Positions 31,060-40,300 of a stretch of 64,000 bases of DNA are shown in pieces. Below the pieces are notes generated by a model. That model ran no database searches. It saw only the letters and a list, made by a program, of their open reading frames with translations, and was not told the DNA's origin. A program made the position numbers and the translations under genes. Numbering within the stretch: the stretch's first letter is position 1; each line of letters starts with the position of its first letter. Location: the NCBI GenBank assembly GCA_963715985.1, contig CAVQSP010000011.1, forward strand, positions 320,001 through 384,000. Direction: 5' to 3'. This DNA comes from an uncultured Thermoleophilia bacterium (GTDB lineage Bacteria > Actinomycetota > Thermoleophilia > UBA2241).

Positions 31060-34000
31060 ATTTCGAGTAACTGCACCCCGGATCCACGCAGACGAGGCAG
31101 CCGCCCTCATGACGCATGGCCCCGCCGCAGTCCGGGCAGGCGCCCTGGGCGAGCTCCACGAGCGAGAGCTGAGGCTCCGGCTCGCTGGCTGCGGCCGCAG
31201 CCGCACCCCGCACGTAGCGGCGCTCGAGCGCCTTGCCGATGGCGTCGGCGCAGCTCAGCGTGGCGTTGGGACCCAGGCCGTAGGGCGCGTGGCAGCGGAT
31301 GCCCTTGAGCTGCTCGGTGACCTCCTCGGTGGAGGCGCCCTTCTTGAGGGCCAGCGAGATGAGCCGGCCCAGCGCCTCGGTGTTGCTGGAGGCGCAGCCG
31401 CCGGCCTTGCCCATGTTGGCGAACACCTCGCGCGGGCCGAACTCGTCGTCGTTCATGATGACGAAGAGCTTGCCGCAGCCCGTCTCCATGCGCTGCGTCT
31501 CGCCGGTGAGGAGCTCCGGCCGCGACGGGCGCGTGGTGGCGATGCCCACGCCGGGCTCCGGCGCCCGCTTCTTCTTGCTCTGGCCGACGTTGAGCACCTG
31601 CTCCTCGCGGCTGCCGTCGCGGTAGATGGTGACGCCCTTGCAGCCGGACTTGTAGGCCAGCATGTAGACCTTCTCGACGTCCTCGATGGTGGCCTCGTTG
31701 GGGAAGTTGACCGTCTTGGAGACCGCGTTGTCGGTGCCCTTCTGGAAGGCCGACTGGAGCTTGATGTGCCACTCCGGGGTGATGTCGTGGGCGGTGGCGA
31801 AGGTCTGCTGCACGTCGCGGGGCACACCGTCCAGGTGGCGCACGGAGCCCACGTCGGCGATCTTCTTCATGAGCTCGTCGTTGTAGAAGCCCCGCTGCCG
31901 GGCGACGTGCTCGAAGTACGGCTGCACCTCCACCATGCGGTCGTCGTCGAGCACGTTGGCGCGCACGTAGCTGATGGCGAAGAGCGGCTCGATGCCGCTG
32001 GAGCACCCGGCGATGATGCTGATGGTGCCGGTGGGAGCGATGGTGGTGACCGTGGCGTTGCGCACGCGGGCGCCGGCCGGCGTGTCGAAGATGGAACCCT
32101 CGAAGTTGGGGAACACGCCGCGCTCGCGCGCGAGGTCCTCGCTGGCCGCGCGCGCCTCGTCGTGGATGAACTGCATGACCTCGCCGGCGATACGGCAGGA
32201 CTCCTCCGAGTCGTAGGGCACCTCCAGCATCAGCAGCATGTCGGCGAAGCCCATGACGCCGAGGCCGATCTTGCGGTTGCCCTTGGTCATCTGCTCGATC
32301 TCGGGCAGCGGGTAGCGGTTGACGTCGATGACGTCGTCCAGGAAGCGCACGGCGGTACGCACGATGCGGCCCAGCTCCCCATAGTCGATGTGCCCGTCCG
32401 GCACGACCTTGGAGAGGTTGATGGAGCCCAGGTTGCAGCTCTCGTAGGGCAGAAGCGGCTGCTCACCACAGTTGTGGACGACGAGGCCGTTGGCCACGAA
32501 CGAGTGCGTGATGGGCTCGGTGACGTCGTACACCATCTCGCAGCCGTCCGGCTCGAGCGCGCGGAACCGCGCCGTGAACGGCTGCCGGTAGGGTCCGCGG
32601 CGGTAGCCGTGGAGGAGCGCGAGCAGCTTGGCCTGCTTCGCCTCGCTCAGGAACCCGATCTCAGCGGCGAACTGCGCGAGACCGCCGCGCGAGACCGCGA
32701 GCTCGTGGTACTCCTTGCAGGCGTACAGCGCCTGCCCGCCGCGGCCGTCGGGCAACGAGCGCAGCCCTTCCGGCCTGCGACCTTCGTAGATGCGCGAAGG
32801 GATGCCGAAGTTGAGGAGGACCCTCTGAACGTCGCGCAGGAGGCCGCGGCTGATCGAGGTGAGCCGGACGCTTGCCCCCTTGCGCACGGAGCCGCCCACG
32901 TGCCCGTCGGCCGTGAAGAGCGCCGTGAGAAAGCCGCGCTGCATATCCTCGGAGCCGGTGAGCACACCCTCGGGCACCCGGTGCTTGTGTCCCGGCCGGA
33001 GGCCGTGCTCTTCGGCGACGCGCCAGAAGCGCTCGGACTTGAGGCGGTACTCGTCCCGACCGGCGACCGCGTAGCCGTTCAGCGTGTACGAGCGGTCCAG
33101 CAGCTGCGTGCCGTCGACCTCATCCTGCATCAGGCCGGCGAAGACGGGGGCAAGCTCCTGCTTCTCCTCGCCGAAGAACGAGAGGACGACCTCGGTGGCC
33201 TTCATCGTGCCGTCGCCGACAAGCCACCCGAGAAGCATGCCGAGGCGCCGCGAGCCCGCGCTGCCGAACCCGCCCTTGCGGTCGAGGATGTGGAGGCGGT
33301 CGCCCTCGGTGAGCTCGCCGGCAGGCACCCATCCGCGGGTGGTCCTCACGCGGTGGTCGGCGGTGAGGCGGATCTCGTAGCCCTCCACCGTGGTGAGCCG
33401 GAAGACCGGCTTGATGCCGCTGGCCATGACTTGGGCGGCTTTGGAGCACGTGCGCTCACCGGCCATGCGGCTGTCGAGGACGAGGTCGGGGCGCCGGCGC
33501 ACCTCGTAGAGGTCGGCGATCCTCTTGAGCCCCTCCCCGGTGTAGACAAGCGACTCCCCGGTGACGCATGGATTTGTGCTCTCGATCTCGCCGATGTGCG
33601 GCGTGGGGTTGTCCGCATTGATGCGGTCGATGAAGACGATGCCGGGGTCACCGTTCTTCCAGGCCAGGTTGACCATGTTCTTGAAGACCTTGCGTGCGTG
33701 AAGCATGCGCACGGTCTCGCCGGAGCGCGGATTGACCAGCGGGTACTGCTCGTCGGCGTCGACGGCGCGCATGAAGGCGTCGGTGACGGCCACGGAGATG
33801 TTGAAGTTGTTGAGGCGGTCGTCGTCCTGTTTGGCGGTGATGAAGTCGAGGATGTCCGGGTGGTCGACGCGCATGATGCCCATGTTGGCGCCGCGCCGCG
33901 TGCCGCCCTGCTTGATGGTCTCGGTGGCGGCGTCGAACACGCTCATGAAGGAGAGGGGCCCGCTGGAGACGCCCTTGGTGCTGAGCACGACGTCGTTGTG

Positions 34001-34402
34001 CGGGCGCACGCGCGAGAAGGAGAAGCCGGTGCCGCCGCCGCTCTTGTGGATGAGGGCGGTGTTCTTGATGGCCTCGAAGATGGACTCCATGGAGTCGCCG
34101 ACGGGCAGCACGAAGCAGGCGGAGAGCTGACCCAGCTCACGACCGGCGTTCATGAGCGTGGGGCTGTTGGGCAGGAACTCGAGGGACGTCATGAGGCGGT
34201 AGAACGTGTCCTCCCACTCCTCCACGGGGGCCGCCGGGTTGTAGAGGCGCTCGGCCTGGGCGATGGCAGCTGCCACGCGCCGGAACATCTCCTCGGGGGT
34301 CTCCAGCACCTCGCCGTTCTCACCCTTCTTGAGGTATCGCCGTTCGAGGACCTTCAGCGCGTTGGCGGAGAGCTCGATGACTGCCTTCTGCGGATCGCTC
34401 AT
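31052..34402 (-). CDS. nrdJ: Class II (adenosylcobalamin-dependent) ribonucleotide reductase with intein and C-terminal TSCPD/Zn-ribbon region
   Basis: FLPNSPTLMNAG, QLSACFV, KQGGTRRGANM, TNP[intein]CGEQPL, ESCNLGS, TIAPTGT, DNAVSKT, KGVTIYRDG; terminal CPDC...C..C....C. Confidence 0.93.
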   Translation of the reverse strand: MSDPQKAVIELSANALKVLERRYLKKGENGEVLETPEEMFRRVAAAIAQAERLYNPAAPVEEWEDTFYRLMTSLEFLPNSPTLMNAGRELGQLSACFVLPVGDSMESIFEAIKNTALIHKSGGGTGFSFSRVRPHNDVVLSTKGVSSGPLSFMSVFDAATETIKQGGTRRGANMGIMRVDHPDILDFITAKQDDDRLNNFNISVAVTDAFMRAVDADEQYPLVNPRSGETVRMLHARKVFKNMVNLAWKNGDPGIVFIDRINADNPTPHIGEIESTNPCVTGESLVYTGEGLKRIADLYEVRRRPDLVLDSRMAGERTCSKAAQVMASGIKPVFRLTTVEGYEIRLTADHRVRTTRGWVPAGELTEGDRLHILDRKGGFGSAGSRRLGMLLGWLVGDGTMKATEVVLSFFGEEKQELAPVFAGLMQDEVDGTQLLDRSYTLNGYAVAGRDEYRLKSERFWRVAEEHGLRPGHKHRVPEGVLTGSEDMQRGFLTALFTADGHVGGSVRKGASVRLTSISRGLLRDVQRVLLNFGIPSRIYEGRRPEGLRSLPDGRGGQALYACKEYHELAVSRGGLAQFAAEIGFLSEAKQAKLLALLHGYRRGPYRQPFTARFRALEPDGCEMVYDVTEPITHSFVANGLVVHNCGEQPLLPYESCNLGSINLSKVVPDGHIDYGELGRIVRTAVRFLDDVIDVNRYPLPEIEQMTKGNRKIGLGVMGFADMLLMLEVPYDSEESCRIAGEVMQFIHDEARAASEDLARERGVFPNFEGSIFDTPAGARVRNATVTTIAPTGTISIIAGCSSGIEPLFAISYVRANVLDDDRMVEVQPYFEHVARQRGFYNDELMKKIADVGSVRHLDGVPRDVQQTFATAHDITPEWHIKLQSAFQKGTDNAVSKTVNFPNEATIEDVEKVYMLAYKSGCKGVTIYRDGSREEQVLNVGQSKKKRAPEPGVGIATTRPSRPELLTGETQRMETGCGKLFVIMNDDEFGPREVFANMGKAGGCASSNTEALGRLISLALKKGASTEEVTEQLKGIRCHAPYGLGPNATLSCADAIGKALERRYVRGAAAAAASEPEPQLSLVELAQGACPDCGGAMRHEGGCLVCVDPGCSYSKCS
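32471..33568 (-). mobile_element. Intein with LAGLIDADG homing endonuclease (366 aa) in NrdJ
   Basis: Begins CVTGESLV, block B LTADHRV, LLGWLVGDG and FLTALFTADG motifs, ends VYDVTEPITHSFVANGLVVHN followed by +1 Cys. Confidence 0.95.
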
Positions 34403-34974
34403 GCCTTCTCGTCCCCCCATGCCCGGCCGCCCTCCGGCAGCCCGTTGAACACTGACGTCGCCAGGAAGTCGTCGACTTCGTCGAGGCCCGGCAGCGGTTC
34501 TTCGCCCGGCAGCGGGTCGGCCCCCGCCTCTTCCAGCCGGGCGAGCTCGCGCTGGAACTCCTCGATGTCGTCGAACTGGCGATACACCGACGCGAAACGG
34601 ATGTACGCGACCTTGTCTACGCTGCGCAGATGGTGGAGCGCCCGCTCGCCCACCAGCTGCGTGGTGACCCGGCGGCACGACACTCGCCGCAGGTCGTTCT
34701 CGATATCATCGACGGCCAGCTCGAGCCGCTCGATGGGGATGTCGCGCTTCTCCGAAGCGCGCAGCAGACCGTTGAGCAGCTTCTGCCGGGAGAAGACCTC
34801 CACACTGCCGTCGCGCTTGCCCACCATGAGCGGCACTTCTTCGACGCGCTCGTAGGTGGTGTAGCGGCGTTCGCAGGCCAGACACTCGCGGCGGCGGCGG
34901 ACACTGTCGCCCGCTTCCGAGTCCCGGGAGTCGACGACCTTGCTCTCATCACTACTGCAGTACGGACAACGCAC
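34399..34974 (-). CDS. nrdR: Transcriptional repressor NrdR
   Basis: RCPYC...SKVVDSR...RRRRECLAC..RYTTYE, ATP cone, DKVAYIRFASVY; ATGA overlap with nrdJ. Confidence 0.96.
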   Translation of the reverse strand: MRCPYCSSDESKVVDSRDSEAGDSVRRRRECLACERRYTTYERVEEVPLMVGKRDGSVEVFSRQKLLNGLLRASEKRDIPIERLELAVDDIENDLRRVSCRRVTTQLVGERALHHLRSVDKVAYIRFASVYRQFDDIEEFQRELARLEEAGADPLPGEEPLPGLDEVDDFLATSVFNGLPEGGRAWGDEKA

Positions 34975-34987
34975 GGAGGATCCTCTT

Positions 34988-35051
34988 CCACAAGATGTTG
35001 TGCCCTGAGTGGGCCGGGACACCACTATAGAGTATTCGCTGACGCTGACAA
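34988..35051 (-). promoter_or_regulatory. NrdR box and promoter of nrdR-nrdJ
   Basis: CACAAGATGTTGTG (34989-35002) fits the NrdR-box consensus; weaker second copy near 35020-35034 overlaps the -10 TATAGT; -35 TTGTCA 16 bp upstream. Confidence 0.7.
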
Positions 35052-35263
35052 CCGTCCTGCCGGGTCATTATCGGACACGTGGAGCGCAGGAACACTCACC
35101 CTCAAGTGTAGACTTATACTTTCCCCGTCGACGCCGGTCTCAGGGGCGTTGAGTGCGAATACTACCAGGGCCTAGGGACGGACCGCGCGCGGCGCCTGCT
35201 GACTCCACCGCGGCGGCCCTCCGGGCGGCGCGCAGGCCCTTGCGGCGGTATACTTTGGCGCCG

Positions 35264-35996
35264 ATGAACGTCGTCGTCCTGCCCACGTACAACGAGCGCG
35301 AGAACCTGCGCCACGCCCTGGCCCGCATCCGCGAGGTGGCCGACGGCCACGGCCTGCAGCTGCACACGCTCATCGTGGACGACAACTCGCCGGACGGCAC
35401 CGGCGAGCTGGCCGACGAGCTCGCGCTGACGGTGCCCGACGTCTCCGTGCTGCACCGTGGCCGGCAAAGAGGGCCTCGGCAAGGCCTACATCGCCGGCTT
35501 TCACAAGGCGCTCGGCATGGGCGCCCAGCGCATCTTCGAGATGGACGCCGACCTCAGTCACGACGCCAGCTACCTGCCCCACTTCCTGCGCCTCATCGAC
35601 AACGGCGCGGACCTCGTGCTGGGGTCGCGCTACGTCAAGGGCGGCGGCGTGGAGAACTGGGGCCTCTCACGGCGCGTCATCAGCCGGGGCGGGTGCCTGT
35701 ACGCGCAGACCATCCTCGGCCTGCCTCTGCACGACTTGACGGGCGGCTTCAAGTGCTTCCGCCGCAGCGTGCTCGAGACCATCGACCTGGACGCCGTGGA
35801 CACCAAGGGGTACGGCTTCCAGATCGAGATGACCTACCGCGCCTACAAGCTCGGCTTCAAGGTGGTCGAGCTGCCCATCATCTTCGTCGACCGCCAGGTG
35901 GGCGAGAGCAAGATGAGCAACGACATCATCGTCGAGGCCATGACCGGCGTGTGGAAGCTCCGCTTCGGCAAGATGCCGGGCGCGCGGGCGGTGTGA
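35264..35996 (+). CDS. Polyprenol monophosphomannose synthase (GT2, Ppm1-like; frameshift near 35460)
   Basis: VLPTYNERENL, IVDDNSPDGTG, then KEGLGKAY, EMDADLSH, GSRYVKGG, TGGFKCFRR, GYGFQIE in the shifted frame. Confidence 0.88.
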
Positions 35997-37150
35997 GCGG
36001 CGGCGGACCCGGAGACGGCGGTGTGAGCGGCGCCGGGCCCGGAGACGGCGGCGGCGCGCGCATCCTCGCCGCCGACGTCGGCACCGGCACGGCGGACATC
36101 CTCCTCACGGTGCCCGGCGAGCCCCTGGAGAACGCCGTCAAGCTCGTCGTCCCGTCGCGCACGCGCGTGGTGGCCGCGCAGATCGGCGCCGCTACTCTGC
36201 ACGGCCAGGCGGTGGTGTTCACCGGACCGACCATGGGCGGCGGGCCGGACGGGGCGGCGATGAAGGCGCACCTCGCCGCCGGTCTGCCCTTTGTGGCCAC
36301 CGAGGAGGCGGCCCGCACCTTCGCCGACGACCTCGACAAAGTACGCGCCGGAGGCGTGCGCGTGGTCGGCGAAGACGAGCTGGCCGCCCTGCGGCGGGAG
36401 TGGCCCGCAGGCGCCGCCGCCGAGATCTCCTCCGGCGACCTCGATTCCCAGAGCCTGCGCGCGGCGCTCGCGCTGCTCGGTGTGGAGCCGCGCTTCGACG
36501 CCGTGGCGCTCGCCGTACAGGACCACGGCTTCAACCCCGGCGGCTCCAACCGCGTCTTCCGGTTCGCCTTCTGGCAGGCGGCGACGCAGGAGGCGCGCCC
36601 GCTCCGCGACCTCTTCTACGACGCGGCCGCCACGCCGCCCGAGTTCACGCGCCTGTGCGCCGCGGCCGCCTGCGCGGCCGAACTGGCCGGCGACGGGCCG
36701 GCGCTCGTCGCGGACACCGGCCCGGCGGCCCTCTACGGCGCCTTGCCGGAGGGCGTGACGGACGCCGTGCTCGTCAACGTCGGCAACGGCCACACCATCA
36801 GTGTGGTCACGCGCCGGGGGCGCCTGGCAGGCGTCTTCGAACACCACACGCGCCTGCTGGACGGCACGCGCCTGGACGACTACCTGCGCCGCTTCCTGGC
36901 CGGGACGCTCGGCGACGAGGAGGTGCGCGAGCAGGGCGGCCACGGCGCCGTGCTCGCGGGCGAGGTGCCGCCCGGCCTCCCGCTGATCGTCACCGGCCCG
37001 CGCCGCGCACTGCTGTGCGGCAGCGAGCTGCCGCTGGAGTTCGCGGCGCCCTACGGTGACATGATGCTCACCGGATGCTACGGCCTCCTGCGCGCCTTCG
37101 CCGAGCGCGGCGTGCAGCCCGACGGGCCGGCCGGAGGCGGCGCCTCGTGA
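35993..37150 (+). CDS. DUF1786 family protein (actin/ASKHA-like fold)
   Basis: DVGTGTADI, MGGGP, AVQDHG, SNRVFRF, DTGPAA, VNVGNGHT, FEHHT, GGHG, PYGDMMLTGCYG. Confidence 0.85.
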   Translation: MSGGGPGDGGVSGAGPGDGGGARILAADVGTGTADILLTVPGEPLENAVKLVVPSRTRVVAAQIGAATLHGQAVVFTGPTMGGGPDGAAMKAHLAAGLPFVATEEAARTFADDLDKVRAGGVRVVGEDELAALRREWPAGAAAEISSGDLDSQSLRAALALLGVEPRFDAVALAVQDHGFNPGGSNRVFRFAFWQAATQEARPLRDLFYDAAATPPEFTRLCAAAACAAELAGDGPALVADTGPAALYGALPEGVTDAVLVNVGNGHTISVVTRRGRLAGVFEHHTRLLDGTRLDDYLRRFLAGTLGDEEVREQGGHGAVLAGEVPPGLPLIVTGPRRALLCGSELPLEFAAPYGDMMLTGCYGLLRAFAERGVQPDGPAGGGAS

Positions 37151-38139
37151 GCGGGCTCGCCGCAGGTGCCTCCGCGTCGAACGACCAGGCGCCGGGCGCC
37201 GCGGCCGGCGTCTCCCGTGTCGCGGTGGTGGGCACCGGCCTCATCGGGGCGCGCTGGGCGGCCTGCTTCCTGGCTCACGGCCTCGACGTGAGCGCCACCG
37301 ACCCCGCGCCGGGCGCCGAAGACGCGCTGCGCGGTGTGGTGGCGCGCTGCTGGCCGGCGCTCGAGCGCCTCGGGCTATCGCCGGGCGCTTCCCCGGACAG
37401 GCTCACGTTCACCGCGACGCTGGACGACGCCGTGCGCGACGCCGGCTTCGTGCAGGAGAGCCTGCCCGACGACGAGGACCTCAAGGTCGCGGTGCTCGCC
37501 GCCGTGGACGCCACGTGCCCACGTCACACGGTGATCGCCTCCAGCACGTCGGGCATCCTCCCCACCCTGCTGCAGTCGCGCTGCGCGCACCCCGAGCGCG
37601 TGCTCGCCGGGCACCCGTCCAACCCGGCGCACATCCTCCCGCTGGTCGAGGTGGTGGCCGGGGAGCGCACCTCGCCGGAGGCGGTGGCGCAGGCCATGGC
37701 GTTCTACCGCGCCATCGGCAAACGCCCGTTGCAGGTGCGCCGCGAGGCGCCGGGATTCGTGATGAACCGCCTGCAGGAGGCCATGTGGCGCGAGATGTTC
37801 CACCTCGTGAACGATGACATCGCCACCTGTGCCGAACTGGACGCCGCCGTCACCGACGGCTGCGGCATGCGCTGGGCGCTCTTCGGCCCCGCCTTCGTCT
37901 ACCTGCTGCAGGGCGGCCCGGGAGGCATGGCCTGGGCGCTCGACCAGTTCGACCCGGGCCGCATCCCCGACTGGTCGCACAACGCCTATCCGCAGATCAC
38001 GACGGAGCTCAAGCAGCTGCTCGACGAGCAGACCGCCGAACAGGCGGCCGGGCGCACGCTGGAGGAGTGGGAGGCGCTGCGCGACGAGTTCCTCGTGCGC
38101 GTCGTGGAGCTCAAGCGGGAGCTGTTCGGGGAGTACTGA
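37147..38139 (+). CDS. 3-hydroxyacyl-CoA / L-carnitine dehydrogenase family protein
   Basis: VVGTGLIG, FVQES, IASSTSG, GHPSNP, PLVEVV, GFVMNRLQ. Confidence 0.88.
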   Translation: MSGLAAGASASNDQAPGAAAGVSRVAVVGTGLIGARWAACFLAHGLDVSATDPAPGAEDALRGVVARCWPALERLGLSPGASPDRLTFTATLDDAVRDAGFVQESLPDDEDLKVAVLAAVDATCPRHTVIASSTSGILPTLLQSRCAHPERVLAGHPSNPAHILPLVEVVAGERTSPEAVAQAMAFYRAIGKRPLQVRREAPGFVMNRLQEAMWREMFHLVNDDIATCAELDAAVTDGCGMRWALFGPAFVYLLQGGPGGMAWALDQFDPGRIPDWSHNAYPQITTELKQLLDEQTAEQAAGRTLEEWEALRDEFLVRVVELKRELFGEY

Positions 38140-38186
38140 GCGACGGCCTCGACGAGGAACGCGCGGCGCAGCCGGGCGCGCGACGC

Positions 38187-39212
38187 TCAGAGCGGCAGCA
38201 GGCGGCCGACGCCGAGGCGGCGGGCGCGGTCCACAGCCAGGCGCGCCGTGATCACGTCCTCCGCCGCCATGCCCAGGTTGAGACAGAAGAGGCGCTCGGA
38301 GGCGTCGCGGCGGCCGGGGACGAGGCCGGCGGCCAGCTCGCCGAGGTCCCCGGCGATGTCGCCGGGGATGCCGGCGAGCCGGGCGCCGCCGGCCTTGGTG
38401 GCCAGCACGGCCGCCGTGTCGTCGCAGAAGAACCGGTCGCACTCGGCCATGGCCGCCGGCGTCCAGGCGGCGTCGTAGTCCAGGGCCACGGCCAGCGCGC
38501 CGGGCTCCAGGAGGCCGGCGCCGAGCGGCGGGTCCGGCGGCCCGGCCATGGTGATGGCCGACACCACCACGCCGGCGCCGCGCGCCACGTCGCCCGGGGC
38601 GCGGCACACCTCGAAGGCCACGGCCGGCAGTTCGGCGCCGAGGTCGGCCGCGAACGCCGCGGAGGCCGCCGGCACGGCGTCGTGGCACGCCACGGCGCGC
38701 AGACCGGGAAGCTCGGCGGCGAGGGCGCGCACGGCGGCGCGAGCCTGTACGCCGCAGCCGAGCACACCGGCGCGGTCCACGTCGGGGCGTGCCAGATACC
38801 GCGCGGCCACGCCCACGCCGGCGCCGGTGCGCCAGGCGGTGATCGTGGTCGCGTCCATCACCGCCTCGGGCAGCCCCGTGCCGCCGTCGCTGAGCACGAC
38901 CAGCCCGTTGGTGACCGGCAGGCCGAGAGCGGTGTTGCCGGGAAACAGCGTGACCCACTTGGCGCCGAGCGCGCCGGCATCCGGCAGCGAGGCGGCCATG
39001 ACCTGGGAGAAGGCGCCGTCGCGGCCGGGCAGGGTGAGCTTGGGCGGCATGACGACCCTGCCCTCGCCCTTGGCGCGGCAGGCCGCGTCCACGGCGTCGA
39101 TGACCTCGCCCATGCCGATGCCGAGCGTCTCGAGGTCGGCGCGGCTGAGGTAGAGGAGCGCCGGGGACGGCACGTCCGCAGGCGGGGCGGCGGTGCTGCC
39201 GGCGCCGCCCAT
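38187..39212 (-). CDS. Ornithine cyclodeaminase / mu-crystallin family protein
   Basis: VMPPK, GAKWV, ITAWRTGA, LGCGVQA, NLGMAAED. Confidence 0.9.
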   Translation of the reverse strand: MGGAGSTAAPPADVPSPALLYLSRADLETLGIGMGEVIDAVDAACRAKGEGRVVMPPKLTLPGRDGAFSQVMAASLPDAGALGAKWVTLFPGNTALGLPVTNGLVVLSDGGTGLPEAVMDATTITAWRTGAGVGVAARYLARPDVDRAGVLGCGVQARAAVRALAAELPGLRAVACHDAVPAASAAFAADLGAELPAVAFEVCRAPGDVARGAGVVVSAITMAGPPDPPLGAGLLEPGALAVALDYDAAWTPAAMAECDRFFCDDTAAVLATKAGGARLAGIPGDIAGDLGELAAGLVPGRRDASERLFCLNLGMAAEDVITARLAVDRARRLGVGRLLPL

Positions 39213-40225
39213 CAGGCGGCCCCGCCCGCTCCGCGTGCCACGTCGCCCGCGGCCACGTCGCCCGCGGCCAGCTCGCCGGCGGCCGGGACGCCGGCCAGCC
39301 CCGTGGCGGCACGGATGGCGGAGAGGACGGCCTCTGCGAGGACGGTGGCGGCCGCGGCGCCGATGGTGCTCACGTCCGCGCTCGCGCCGGAAGTGCCGGT
39401 GGCGAGCGCGAACACCGTGTCGCCGTCCAGCATCGTGTGCACGGGGTCGATGGTGCGGGCCAGGCCGTCGTGAGCCATCTGCGCCACCTTGGTCGCCTGC
39501 GGCTTGCTGAGGACGGCGTCGGTGCCCACAACGGCCAGTGTGGTGTTGGTGCCCACGCCGATGCGCGCCGTGTTGACGCGCAGCCATTCGCTGGTGCGCA
39601 GGAACCCTCCGCCGGGGCGCCGCGGACCGGCGACCACGGCGCCGCTCGCCGGGTCGATCACGTCGCCGCAGGCGTTGACGGCCACGAGGGCGCCGACCGT
39701 GACGCCGGTGCCCAGCCTGAGGCTGGCCGAACCGAGTCCGGCCTTGGTGACGCCCTCGAAGCCGGGCAGCTTGCCGACCGTGGCGCCGGTGCCGGCGCCC
39801 ACGGCGCCCTGCGCCACGGCCGCCGAGGAGGCGGCCTCACACGCCGCCGCGCCGGCGGCCGCATCGGGGCGCACGTCGCTGCGGCCGACGACCAGGTCGA
39901 AGAGCACGGCGCCGCACACGATCGGCACGCGCACCGGGCCGGCGAGCACGCCGCGCCCGCGCGCCTCGAGCCACTTGACCACACCACTGCACGCATCCAG
40001 GCCGAACACGCTGCCGCCGGCCAGCACCACCGCGTGGATGCGCTCCACGACATTGACGGGGTCGAGCAGGTCGGTCTCGCGGGTGCCGGGGGCGGAGCCG
40101 CGCACGTCGACGCCGGCCACGGCGCCCTCGCCGTCACAGAGCACCACCGTGCAGCCGGTGGCCGCCTCGAGATCGGTCCAGTGCCCCACCGTGAGACCGG
40201 CGACGTCTGTGAGCGTGCCGTTCAT
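39212..40225 (-). CDS. P1/DmpA family aminopeptidase
   Basis: LTDVAGLTVGH, TGCTVV, DVRGSAPGTRETD, GAGTGA, NTT autocleavage motif, HDGLAR, DGDTVF. Confidence 0.92.
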   Translation of the reverse strand: MNGTLTDVAGLTVGHWTDLEAATGCTVVLCDGEGAVAGVDVRGSAPGTRETDLLDPVNVVERIHAVVLAGGSVFGLDACSGVVKWLEARGRGVLAGPVRVPIVCGAVLFDLVVGRSDVRPDAAAGAAACEAASSAAVAQGAVGAGTGATVGKLPGFEGVTKAGLGSASLRLGTGVTVGALVAVNACGDVIDPASGAVVAGPRRPGGGFLRTSEWLRVNTARIGVGTNTTLAVVGTDAVLSKPQATKVAQMAHDGLARTIDPVHTMLDGDTVFALATGTSGASADVSTIGAAAATVLAEAVLSAIRAATGLAGVPAAGELAAGDVAAGDVARGAGGAA

Positions 40226-40300
40226 CTGCCCTCCCGCGACCATGGTGTGGTGGAAGGATACCTCACGACCGAGCGACGCCCGGCGCGTGCGACCGCCGCC

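Noticed and set aside
31109-34855. 1248-aa plus-strand ORF and many other long antisense or alternate-frame ORFs (e.g. 14741-17317, 55771-58530, 60619-63375)
   Set aside because: Shadows of real genes, caused by stop-codon scarcity at high GC; no recognisable motifs.
34975-35260. Cobalamin riboswitch upstream of nrdR-nrdJ
   Set aside because: No B12-box-like consensus; the region is explained by the promoter, NrdR box and shared motif.
35153-37150. GT2-DUF1786 fusion (665-aa ORF)
   Set aside because: Artefact of the frameshift near 35460; the GT2 gene ends at 35996 with a GTGA overlap.
39237-39285. 15-bp tandem repeats
   Set aside because: They encode the low-complexity AAGDV/AAGEL tail of the P1 peptidase.
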